Origin: a virus
Taxonomy: Duplodnaviria > Heunggongvirae > Uroviricota > Caudoviricetes
DNA length: 64,000 nucleotides
IMG/VR virus record: IMGVR_UViG_2713896908_000007
Reading direction: 5' to 3' (one strand)
Shown one piece after another: positions 21,143 through 30,806 of the stretch. The translations under genes and the position numbers were made by a program. Position 1 is the stretch's first letter, and each line of letters starts with the position of its first letter. A model generated the notes under the pieces. That model ran no database searches. It was not told the origin of the DNA and worked only from the letters and a program-made list of their open reading frames with translations.

Positions 21143-22831
21143 ATGTGTTTGAACGATCATACAGTTATGGCCACCAGCAGCGGCTACATCGGTGTGGCAC
21201 CGTATACCCGCTTGCTATTACATCAGGCATCCGGCATCAAAGATATTATTCACCTGATCAGGCTGCTTTCCCGTACAGATCCCCAGGATGAACAGCTTGT
21301 TCAAGTGCTTGCGCATTTTGTCCGAATGCCTGTTGCCGACGTGAAAAAATGGTGCCGATTATTCGGTATCAGCAATTCGTTACTTCGCGGATTGTTAAAT
21401 CACGCATCCTCCCTTGGGCGCGACGGATTTGATGAGATAGCGCAGGCGATAAAAAACGGAGATATGCCACCAGCTATTGACTGGTTTTCCATTCGCCCAA
21501 CCAGGGTGAAAGCATTCCTTAGTGCGGCGCAATCAGCATCACCATTGGCAGAAATGGTTCAGAGGTTGTCGCTCATATTCACAGATCATACCGCGTTCGG
21601 TGATCTGGCTCTGGACGAGATGAAAGAAGCCTCCATTCAGTGGGCCGCTCAACAAAATGAGGTTAACTCAGACTTCTTGCCAGCATTCAGGAAGGCCGTT
21701 AGTAAAGCGGATGATGCCCGTGGAATTCTGAAGGCATTTAAGGCATTGCAAAGTCGGGTTAATAAACATGTCGGTGATATCGATGGGGTAACGGCGGAAG
21801 GCAGGGATATCCTTAAAGAGCACGGCATAACGCCAGAGTTTATTGATGAGATCAGGACGGATATGCAGCGTGAGGTCGTATCGTCCCTGCAAATTGTAGC
21901 CAGAGCGTTGGCGGATGCTAATCCGAAGAGTGCGGCCATTGTTAACCGGGTTATTGGTGATATTGAAGCATCGGAGGGCATGGGGGCGCTGAAACTCTTC
22001 CTTTCGCGAGCGTTTAATCCTAACGGCAATATTCTCCCTGGCATTATTGGTGAGGCTAAAAGGTATGTCAGTGAAGAAGAACTTGAGCAGCTTGACCAAC
22101 TACTTAAGCGATTCTCATATAACCCGCAGACACGCTGGCAAATGAATCAGCGAAGTATGGGTTCGGTCCACGAGAAAGTGTTATCTGCCATGAACAGTGC
22201 GATCGCAAACTCATCCGTATCTGAAGAAAAAGCTCTTGAGTGGGCCGACTCTTTTATCACGGAAGAAGTGGAAGAAGCCCGCGCTGGACAGAATGGTGGG
22301 ATAGACCTGCGCAAGGAACTTGCTGATATTTATCGCCTGACCGGCGGTAAAATTTCGACCCTATCAAAGATAATTCACCACCAGGGAAGGGCATATGCAA
22401 ATCTTAATGGTATTGTTGCTGTCAATTTGAACGATGAAAATGCAAGCGCACTGTGGCACGAGCTTGGTCATCATCTTGAGTACAGTAACCCTGGTCTGTT
22501 AGAGAAAGCCAGGTCATTCCTGAAGGCCAATGTTGAAGGGGATAAGCCATCTTTCGTTAATATCGGTGGGCGTGGTAAACCTGAATGGTGCTTCAGATCT
22601 CGATTGAGTAATATTTATATGGCGAAGGTATACCCGCCAGCCTCAGTGAGTAACTCCGGGAAAATTCGGCAGAAAGCACCGACTATTTCCAAAACGTCAG
22701 CAACGGAAGTATTCTCTATGGCTCTTCAGTTGTATCATGACAAAGAGGCCGCTGCCGCATCACTGATGAATGGTGACGGATTGCTGGAACTGTTATTAGG
22801 TGTGGCAAAGGAGCTAAATAATGCAGATTAA
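21143..22831 (+). CDS. hypothetical protein with HExxH zinc-metallopeptidase-like motif (possible P1 DdrB counterpart)
   Basis: 562-aa ORF; …NASALWHELGHHLEYS… HExxH motif; own late-type promoter. Confidence 0.55.
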   Translation: MCLNDHTVMATSSGYIGVAPYTRLLLHQASGIKDIIHLIRLLSRTDPQDEQLVQVLAHFVRMPVADVKKWCRLFGISNSLLRGLLNHASSLGRDGFDEIAQAIKNGDMPPAIDWFSIRPTRVKAFLSAAQSASPLAEMVQRLSLIFTDHTAFGDLALDEMKEASIQWAAQQNEVNSDFLPAFRKAVSKADDARGILKAFKALQSRVNKHVGDIDGVTAEGRDILKEHGITPEFIDEIRTDMQREVVSSLQIVARALADANPKSAAIVNRVIGDIEASEGMGALKLFLSRAFNPNGNILPGIIGEAKRYVSEEELEQLDQLLKRFSYNPQTRWQMNQRSMGSVHEKVLSAMNSAIANSSVSEEKALEWADSFITEEVEEARAGQNGGIDLRKELADIYRLTGGKISTLSKIIHHQGRAYANLNGIVAVNLNDENASALWHELGHHLEYSNPGLLEKARSFLKANVEGDKPSFVNIGGRGKPEWCFRSRLSNIYMAKVYPPASVSNSGKIRQKAPTISKTSATEVFSMALQLYHDKEAAAASLMNGDGLLELLLGVAKELNNAD

Positions 22832-23126
22832 AATCGCAGCGCCATTAGGCGGAGATGCAATTATCGAATTTGATGATAATGAAGAAGTTTCCGGGCGTTT
22901 AAGCATTATCTCCGGTGACATTACCGAGGACATGATCGCTGAAGCCATAGCTGGAGCAAATCCCAATAGCTATATGGGATTCGTTAACTCCCTTGATGCT
23001 CCCGCAAGCGATGTTCTCCGAACGCTGCATCTTTACGCTGGCTGGTTTGTTGATTGGCCAGCAGTAGAGGGTGGCGATGAGGACGACGATGATTTCGGTG
23101 ATAATATTAATCAGATTATATTTTAA
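22821..23126 (+). CDS. small acidic protein
   Basis: 101-aa ORF overlapping the upstream stop (coupled); C-terminal EGGDEDDDDFGD acidic tail. Confidence 0.5.
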   Translation: MQIKIAAPLGGDAIIEFDDNEEVSGRLSIISGDITEDMIAEAIAGANPNSYMGFVNSLDAPASDVLRTLHLYAGWFVDWPAVEGGDEDDDDFGDNINQIIF

Positions 23127-23285
23127 CCCATATGAGATATAATCGTTCTAATGGCATAAAGTTAGATTGTTCTTATATTCGACTTTGTGCCATCATTAGG
23201 ACTAATCATTTAGGGGTTCTTTTAGGTAGAAATTTAGCAATACATGTTTAGTATGGCAATATTTTCTAAAGGAGTTAGGTAAAAA

Positions 23286-24164
23286 GTGAAAAGAATTATT
23301 CCTGATAAAAAATGGTTAAAAGAAGAAAGCAGTAAGCGACAAGTGCCATCAGAATGTCCCTATGCAAATTCATATCGATGTCCTAGATATCACGAAAGTG
23401 TTATTTTGTTCTCACAGATGCAAATGATTGATGGCATGTCATATAATAAAGAGAAGGAGTTGAAACAGTTCTGGGAGAGAACCGACCTCTCTTCTTTATG
23501 TAATGGAGAAACCCCGTTGGTCTCAAAAAATGATAAAGGCGGGATTTTCTCTATAGATAATTTCTGTCCAGAAATATCGTTTAGATATTTAGGTTACTAT
23601 GCAGACTATATGCTGAGATACATTGATGAAGATGCTCACACTATAGGGTATGGCATAGCTAAAAGAGATCAGAAAGAAAATGATTGGAAGTATGATTGGT
23701 CCGAGGTCAATGCTGTTTTCTATGAGGATTGTTACCTCTTTGAGAGAGTTAAACAATTCAATAAAGAACTTCATGATAGTTTCTTTAAAAGACTACATCC
23801 GAATATTGTAATGCAAATAAGTAGAATGGATAAGTGTTTGGACTCAAATGACCCAACCGGTGTTTTGCATGCGGCATCTAATATTCTAGAAACAATGGCT
23901 AAAGAAATATTAGATGATCCAAATGTATTAAATAAATCGTTTGGCTCTTTTTTTGAGAAGTTTAAAAAAGAGTCAAAGTTGCCGTTAGGGTTTATTAATG
24001 CAGTTAAAGATATTTATGACTTACGTAATAAAATACCTACTGCTGGTCATGGGGGGGTGGGGATGCCTGGGTTATCTTTATCTGATGCCATAATGATTGC
24101 TGCATCAACAAAGGCTATTGTAGAGATTGAGTACAGAAACATTGATGTGGCTGCTATTGATTGA
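23286..24164 (+). CDS. AT-rich accessory ORF, possible HEPN/Abi-like abortive-infection protein
   Basis: 292-aa ORF, GTG start with AAAGGAG RBS; markedly AT-rich versus flanks; N-terminal CPYANSYRCPRY Cys motif; C-terminal …DLRNKIPTAGHGG… R-x7-H motif reminiscent of HEPN/Abi_C. Confidence 0.5.
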   Translation: MKRIIPDKKWLKEESSKRQVPSECPYANSYRCPRYHESVILFSQMQMIDGMSYNKEKELKQFWERTDLSSLCNGETPLVSKNDKGGIFSIDNFCPEISFRYLGYYADYMLRYIDEDAHTIGYGIAKRDQKENDWKYDWSEVNAVFYEDCYLFERVKQFNKELHDSFFKRLHPNIVMQISRMDKCLDSNDPTGVLHAASNILETMAKEILDDPNVLNKSFGSFFEKFKKESKLPLGFINAVKDIYDLRNKIPTAGHGGVGMPGLSLSDAIMIAASTKAIVEIEYRNIDVAAID

Positions 24165-24204
24165 GCTAATATAGCGAGGTTCCTTTTTGTATCGTTCGAA
24201 TTAT

Positions 24205-24222
24205 CCCCGCCTGTCGGCGGGG
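24205..24222. terminator. GC-rich stem-loop between convergent genes (possible terminator)
   Basis: ccccgcc-tgtc-ggcgggg; no clear U-tract on either strand. Confidence 0.35.
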
Positions 24223-24228
24223 TATAAC

Positions 24229-25011
24229 TTAATCACTTTCTACCTCTTCCGTTGAGTTTTCCAATGCTGCGCGACACAATTTCCTGGCATTGGTTATAGC
24301 CACACTTTTTACCTCATCCGTCATTGTACAGGTAATGTACTGATCGAGTTCTTCAGCTCGGATGATGCTTTTCCCAATCATAAACTCTATTTGCCAGAGC
24401 AGATCGGCATCCATCGTCAGTATTTCAGCCTGGCCTTCTGGGCCTGCGGGGAAGCAAACATAAGACTGTTTGCCCAGGCCGATAACTCGACAACTTGCTT
24501 CAAGAATTGCACGCTTGAGGTCTGACTTTGTAACTGAAACAGGTTGATTTTCACCTGTGATTACGCCGTTGGCATGGACGTGGAAGGGCATGTAGCTTGA
24601 AATTCGCTCTACTTTCCATACGCCAGCAAGCGATCCTTCATGCAGCACAATGGGGGTAACCGCGAGTTTCATCTCACCATATAACTGCTGGCAGATAGCT
24701 GGATTGCTGAATACATCCAAAGGTTCACACTCAAACAGCGGTGCAATCTGCATGAGGTCCATCATGGTCATACCAGGGGTACGAGCAGTAATGAATCTGC
24801 GCATTCCAGTATCCATTGTGCGCCAGATAGCTACACCATGCTTTTTGCTCACTTCTTCAGTAAAGCCAAGGTGGCACATGATGGTTTTTTCGATAGCCAG
24901 ATCAGAGATAGAAACCTTTTCGCCTGGCACGCCATCATTATTGATGGTCACTTCGACACTCTGGCCATTACGTAGGCGGTATTGAATGGTTTTAGTATTT
25001 TGTGCTGTCAT
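24229..25011 (-). CDS. hypothetical protein (P1 IsaA-like by position)
   Basis: 260-aa ORF downstream of ssb on the same strand. Confidence 0.55.
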   Translation of the reverse strand: MTAQNTKTIQYRLRNGQSVEVTINNDGVPGEKVSISDLAIEKTIMCHLGFTEEVSKKHGVAIWRTMDTGMRRFITARTPGMTMMDLMQIAPLFECEPLDVFSNPAICQQLYGEMKLAVTPIVLHEGSLAGVWKVERISSYMPFHVHANGVITGENQPVSVTKSDLKRAILEASCRVIGLGKQSYVCFPAGPEGQAEILTMDADLLWQIEFMIGKSIIRAEELDQYITCTMTDEVKSVAITNARKLCRAALENSTEEVESD

Positions 25012-25208
25012 AGTCTTTTCTCTGCTTAAAAACTGATGTATTGCGCCTTCAGGTTGGTTAGGAATGTTTTCCCACCAGCGAAAGCAATATCTCGGGGTGT
25101 TCTATTCGTTAAAATCGCGTGCCATTGCCAACTTTGGCGTTTTTTAGCGAGTTCGTGCTTTTGTTGGCGCCTGGACCACCGCTTTTCTTTCAGTCGTTTT
25201 TTACACAT

Positions 25209-25697
25209 TCAAAACGGAATATCGTCGTCAAAGTCCATTGGAGGTTCGTTATTGGCATTGCTCTGAGGTTTACCGCCACCGCTGTATTGCTGGTGGTTTT
25301 GAGGTTGGTTCGATTGCCCCCAGCCATTTGAGGACTGCGAATCGTCACGGCGAGTGCCAATCATTTGCATGGTGCCACCCTGGCTGACGATAATTTCCGT
25401 CGTATAACGTTCTACACCGACGTCATCTGTCCACTTACGGGTTTTAAGTTTCCCTTCGATGTAGACCTGAGAACCTTTTCGTAAATACTCACTCGCAATT
25501 TCAGCAAGTTTTCCGAACAAAACGACTTTATGCCATTCTGTTTGCTCTTTCTGTTGGCCCGTTTGCTTGTCGCGCCATGATTCATTCGTTGCGATGCTGA
25601 GTCTTCCGACTGCGCCGCCATTTGGTATATATCTGATCTCCGGGTCTTGTCCCAGGGTACCAATCAGGATGACTTTGTTTACACCGCGTTGTGCCAC
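25209..25697 (-). CDS. ssb: single-stranded DNA-binding protein
   Basis: 162-aa ORF; OB-fold N-terminus [23 protein letters not shown]…, Gly/Gln-rich linker, acidic tip DFDDDIPF. Confidence 0.95.
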   Translation of the reverse strand: MAQRGVNKVILIGTLGQDPEIRYIPNGGAVGRLSIATNESWRDKQTGQQKEQTEWHKVVLFGKLAEIASEYLRKGSQVYIEGKLKTRKWTDDVGVERYTTEIIVSQGGTMQMIGTRRDDSQSSNGWGQSNQPQNHQQYSGGGKPQSNANNEPPMDFDDDIPF

Positions 25698-25716
25698 TTA
25701 TCTTACCTAATAAAAT

Positions 25717-25733
25717 AAATTAATTAGAGCAAT
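25717..25733 (-). promoter_or_regulatory. C1 operator (AAATTAATTAGAGCAAT)
   Basis: 16/17 match to ATTGCTCTAATAAATTT in reverse orientation, 20 bp upstream of ssb start. Confidence 0.6.
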
Positions 25734-25760
25734 AATGTATATCTTTGAAACGTAGCTAAC

Positions 25761-25779
25761 AAGTGATTTGCATTATCCT
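25761..25779 (+). promoter_or_regulatory. candidate late promoter (AAGTGATTT-N4-TATCCT) for lyz
   Basis: 9-bp inverted-repeat motif plus -10-like hexamer about 85 nt upstream of lyz. Confidence 0.45.
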
Positions 25780-25865
25780 GTGCCTTCTAAAGGGATCGAG
25801 TCAGTCGGTATTGGCTGTGAATGGGTGTTTGTCCTGGAGCGTAAAATTTCGCTTATGAGGTCTTT

Positions 25866-26423
25866 ATGAAGGGAAAAACAGCCGCAGGAGGCGGTGCAAT
25901 TTGCGCTATCGCGGTGATGATTACCATCGTGATGGGTAATGGCAATGTGCGAACCAACCAGGCGGGGCTTGAGCTGATTGGTAACGCTGAAGGTTGCCGA
26001 CGTGATCCATACATGTGCCCGGCAGGGGTATGGACTGACGGGATCGGTAATACACACGGGGTAACGCCGGGTGTGCGAAAAACAGACCAGCAAATCGCCG
26101 CTGATTGGGAAAAGAATATCCTGATCGCTGAACGCTGTATTAATCAGCACTTCCGGGGCAAAGACATGCCCGATAATGCCTTCAGTGCAATGACAAGCGC
26201 GGCATTCAATATGGGATGCAATAGCTTACGGACCTACTACAGCAAAGCGCGAGGCATGCGAGTAGAAACATCCATCCACAAGTGGGCGCAGAAAGGGGAA
26301 TGGGTGAATATGTGTAACCATCTCCCTGATTTCGTGAACAGTAACGGCGTGCCCTTGCGAGGTTTAAAGATTCGCCGTGAAAAAGAACGCCAGCTTTGCC
26401 TGACTGGGCTGGTCAATGAATAA
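25866..26423 (+). CDS. lyz: SAR endolysin (T4-lysozyme family), P1 Lyz-like
   Basis: 185-aa ORF; N-terminal Gly/Ala-rich signal-anchor-release segment; E…D…T catalytic spacing (ELIGNAEGCRRDPYMCPAGVWTDGIGNTHG). Confidence 0.9.
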   Translation: MKGKTAAGGGAICAIAVMITIVMGNGNVRTNQAGLELIGNAEGCRRDPYMCPAGVWTDGIGNTHGVTPGVRKTDQQIAADWEKNILIAERCINQHFRGKDMPDNAFSAMTSAAFNMGCNSLRTYYSKARGMRVETSIHKWAQKGEWVNMCNHLPDFVNSNGVPLRGLKIRREKERQLCLTGLVNE

Positions 26424-26670
26424 ACTCCGGCAGCTCCGCCGACTTTCGACAATGAAGTTATCGCTGGCGGCGATAGTTTTTGACTCGATTTTCATGGCGG
26501 TATATGTGCTCAATGAGACGTGGCCACTGGAACCGCTATTATATGCCGGGCTTCGGCTGTGCCTGACATTTTTGAGCATGGCTGCAAGATTGATGCAGCA
26601 GAAAGAAACCGCTTCAGATTGTCCACGCCGTGCGGTGCGCAAATATATGGCACGCAGGCGAAAGCGATAA
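26416..26670 (+). CDS. small membrane protein downstream of lyz (possible lysis accessory)
   Basis: 84-aa ORF overlapping the lyz stop; two hydrophobic segments and basic C-terminus. Confidence 0.45.
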   Translation: MNKLRQLRRLSTMKLSLAAIVFDSIFMAVYVLNETWPLEPLLYAGLRLCLTFLSMAARLMQQKETASDCPRRAVRKYMARRRKR

Positions 26671-26683
26671 TAGTTAACGAGAA

Positions 26684-26709
26684 CCCCGGCAGCCGCCGGG
26701 GTTATTTTT
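26684..26709 (+). terminator. rho-independent terminator
   Basis: ccccggc-agcc-gccgggg followed by ttattttt. Confidence 0.65.
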
Positions 26710-26714
26710 GGTGG

Positions 26715-27734
26715 TTATTTAAATGGATTGATTGAATTATTAAACGTGATGATGCTTGTCTCACACGGTGCCTGGACGTTAGCCGCTTGCGGAACCTCCT
26801 TAATTTTCTTGGTGACAGGCAAGTTGCGTGCTCCAACTTTGATCAGAGATTCGAAAAGTGTGGCAACGATTTTTGCATCACCAGGTTCTTTGAGGCGGAA
26901 TGCGTCTTTTTGGGCGGCGGAGACGAAGATTGGGAGGTTATCCAGTTCGTCTTGCATCGCTGCCAGCACATCATCGCGGATACCCGCTGTTTCCTCCAGC
27001 AAAGCGATTCGCGCTTCAGCATCTGCGATCTTGGCCATTGCTTCGAGGTGGCGGCCCTGGCTTTCGAGTAGTGCAGTTTCCAGTTCTGCCGTACGCTCTG
27101 TCGCCTCCACCATCATTTCCAGTTCAGCCATTTTGCCGTAATGGGATATAACGGCCTGCACTGACTCGTCGGAGTACCCATGCGCCGCCAGGGACTCTGC
27201 CAGTAAGGATTTAGAATCCGCGCTTTCAAACATTCCGGCGCTGGCAGGATGATCCAGGCTGATATAGTTCGGCGTTGTCACATAATCCACACCATGGAAG
27301 CTGGTGGTTACAGCGATTTTCCCGGACTCACGCCCGCCAGTGGCCCAGCTCCAGCCACCAGCTCGGCTTTCGATCATCGCGGCGACAATTTTACCCGGCT
27401 CTGTGTTAAGAATTTCCTGTGTATGGGTAACGATTCCGTTGTCGTCAACAGATATAGCCACTGTGCGGCACGCTGGAACATTGTCGATTACGACCGGGCG
27501 ACCTTCCACCATGATCACGCTGGTTTCTGGTACTTCCAGTTTGCCGGTCAGCTGTCGGCGACCGTGACCGTAATAGCCGAAAAGCTCACCAAGGCGTAAA
27601 CCTTCCTGAGTTTCCTTGCTTTCAAGCATGGTCTTAACCGCGCTTAATACATACTGTCGCCCGTTCTGGCGACCTTTTCGAGCATTGCTATAGAGACAAA
27701 AGCGGTCAGTGACCGTTTTCAAAACATCAGTCAT
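26715..27734 (-). CDS. pro: head morphogenesis protein (protease/scaffold-like; P1 Pro-like by position)
   Basis: 339-aa ORF with C-terminal coiled-coil; lies in the darB-prt-pro-lyz arrangement remembered for P1. Confidence 0.55.
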   Translation of the reverse strand: MTDVLKTVTDRFCLYSNARKGRQNGRQYVLSAVKTMLESKETQEGLRLGELFGYYGHGRRQLTGKLEVPETSVIMVEGRPVVIDNVPACRTVAISVDDNGIVTHTQEILNTEPGKIVAAMIESRAGGWSWATGGRESGKIAVTTSFHGVDYVTTPNYISLDHPASAGMFESADSKSLLAESLAAHGYSDESVQAVISHYGKMAELEMMVEATERTAELETALLESQGRHLEAMAKIADAEARIALLEETAGIRDDVLAAMQDELDNLPIFVSAAQKDAFRLKEPGDAKIVATLFESLIKVGARNLPVTKKIKEVPQAANVQAPCETSIITFNNSINPFK

Positions 27735-29009
27735 TATATTGCCCTCCAGCTACCTTACCTAATGTCTGTTGGTATATTGGCTTTGATAACATTTTCGTCC
27801 GTGTATTCATTTATATACTCATTAGTTTCAATGTATTATATAGAACATGAAGCGTGCCTATAAATATCGATTCTATCCAACTCCCGAACAAACCGAGCTA
27901 TTAGCCCGGACTTTTGGGTGTGTGCGTTTTGTCTATAACAGCCTCCTTCGCTGGCGTACCGATGCATACTACGCACGCCATGAGAGGGTCGGCTATGCAC
28001 AAGCCAGCGCCAAATTAACGGCACTGAAAAAAGAACCAGAATTCGCTTGGCTGAATGACGTTTCCTGCGTCCCCCTCCAGCAGTCTCTGCGCCACCAACA
28101 AACGGCTTTTGCTAACTTTTTCGCCGGGCGTGCTGCATACCCAGTTTTTAAGAGCAAGCGGCATAAACAGGCCGCAGAACTAACTGCCAGCGCATTTAAA
28201 TACCGTGACGGCAAGCTGTACATGGCAAAGAGCAAAGAGCCGTTAGATGTTCGCTGGAGCCGTCCGTTGCCGTCTGCTCCATCCACTGTCACTATCACCA
28301 GGGATGCTGCCGGACGATATTTTGTATCCTGTCTCTGCGAGTTTGAGCCTGTATCACTGCCGATCACCGTTTCCACGGTCGGCATTGATATTGGTTTAAA
28401 AGATTTGTTCGTCACCGATACCGGTTTCAAAACTGGCAATCCTCGACACAACGCTAAATACGCGAAGCGATTAGCAGTGTTACAGCGCAGATTGAGCAAG
28501 AAACAAAAAGGCTCAAAGAACCGCGCCAAAGCACGTTTAAAGGTTGCCCGCCTCCACGCGAGAATAGTCGATTGTCGGATGGATAACCTGCATAAGTTGT
28601 CCCGCAAACTGATTAACGAAAACCAAGTTGTTTGCGTCGAATCCCTTAAAGTGAAAAACATGATCCGTAACCCGAAGCTGTCTAAAGCAATAGCTGACGC
28701 AGGCTGGAGCGAACTTGTACGCCAACTCCAGTACAAAGGAGAATGGGGTGGACGTAGCATTGTCGCTATCGACCAGTATTTCCCTTCTTCCAAACGTTGC
28801 AGCAGTTGCGGCTTCACCATGCAAAAAATGCCTCTTAATATTCGTAAATGGCACTGCCCGGAATGTGGCGCAGAGCATGATCGTGATATTAACGCGGCCC
28901 GTAATATAAAAGCTGCCGGGCTGGCAGTGTTAGCCCTTGGAGAGTCTGTAATTCCTAAGCCGCTTCATGTGGTTTAGGTCGGACTCTGTGAATTGGGAAT
29001 GTTTGCCGT
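27735..29009 (+). mobile_element. IS200/IS605-family TnpB-only element (boundaries approximate)
   Basis: Single tnpB ORF in opposite orientation between two co-directional head genes; no tnpA; ends not resolved. Confidence 0.4.
27847..28977 (+). CDS. tnpB: TnpB (RuvC-like RNA-guided nuclease of IS200/IS605 family)
   Basis: 376 aa; OrfB N-terminus MKRAYKYRFYPTPEQ…; RuvC motifs GIDIGLKD, ESLKV, CPECGAEHDRDINAARNI with CxxC…CxxC zinc finger. Confidence 0.9.
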   Translation: MKRAYKYRFYPTPEQTELLARTFGCVRFVYNSLLRWRTDAYYARHERVGYAQASAKLTALKKEPEFAWLNDVSCVPLQQSLRHQQTAFANFFAGRAAYPVFKSKRHKQAAELTASAFKYRDGKLYMAKSKEPLDVRWSRPLPSAPSTVTITRDAAGRYFVSCLCEFEPVSLPITVSTVGIDIGLKDLFVTDTGFKTGNPRHNAKYAKRLAVLQRRLSKKQKGSKNRAKARLKVARLHARIVDCRMDNLHKLSRKLINENQVVCVESLKVKNMIRNPKLSKAIADAGWSELVRQLQYKGEWGGRSIVAIDQYFPSSKRCSSCGFTMQKMPLNIRKWHCPECGAEHDRDINAARNIKAAGLAVLALGESVIPKPLHVV

Positions 29010-30740
<1,731 letters not shown>

Positions 30741-30773
30741 TTAATTAGAATAATTCGCATCGTGTTTTAACGG

Positions 30774-30792
30774 AATTTAACACTAGTCACTT
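30774..30792 (-). promoter_or_regulatory. candidate late promoter (AAGTGACTA-N4-TAAATT) for prt; near-palindromic, possibly bidirectional
   Basis: Motif in the 75-bp prt/darB divergent intergenic region. Confidence 0.45.
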
Positions 30793-30806
30793 GTTAAGGA
30801 TTACCA

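Noticed and set aside
24190-24205. GTTCGAAT resembling a tRNA T-loop
   Set aside because: Flanking bases do not form a T-stem and no acceptor or anticodon arms are present; it sits beside a GC-rich stem-loop between genes.
25026-25208. 60-aa basic ORF between isaA-like gene and ssb
   Set aside because: Lys/Arg-rich translation of an A-rich intergenic leader; no RBS; more likely non-coding.
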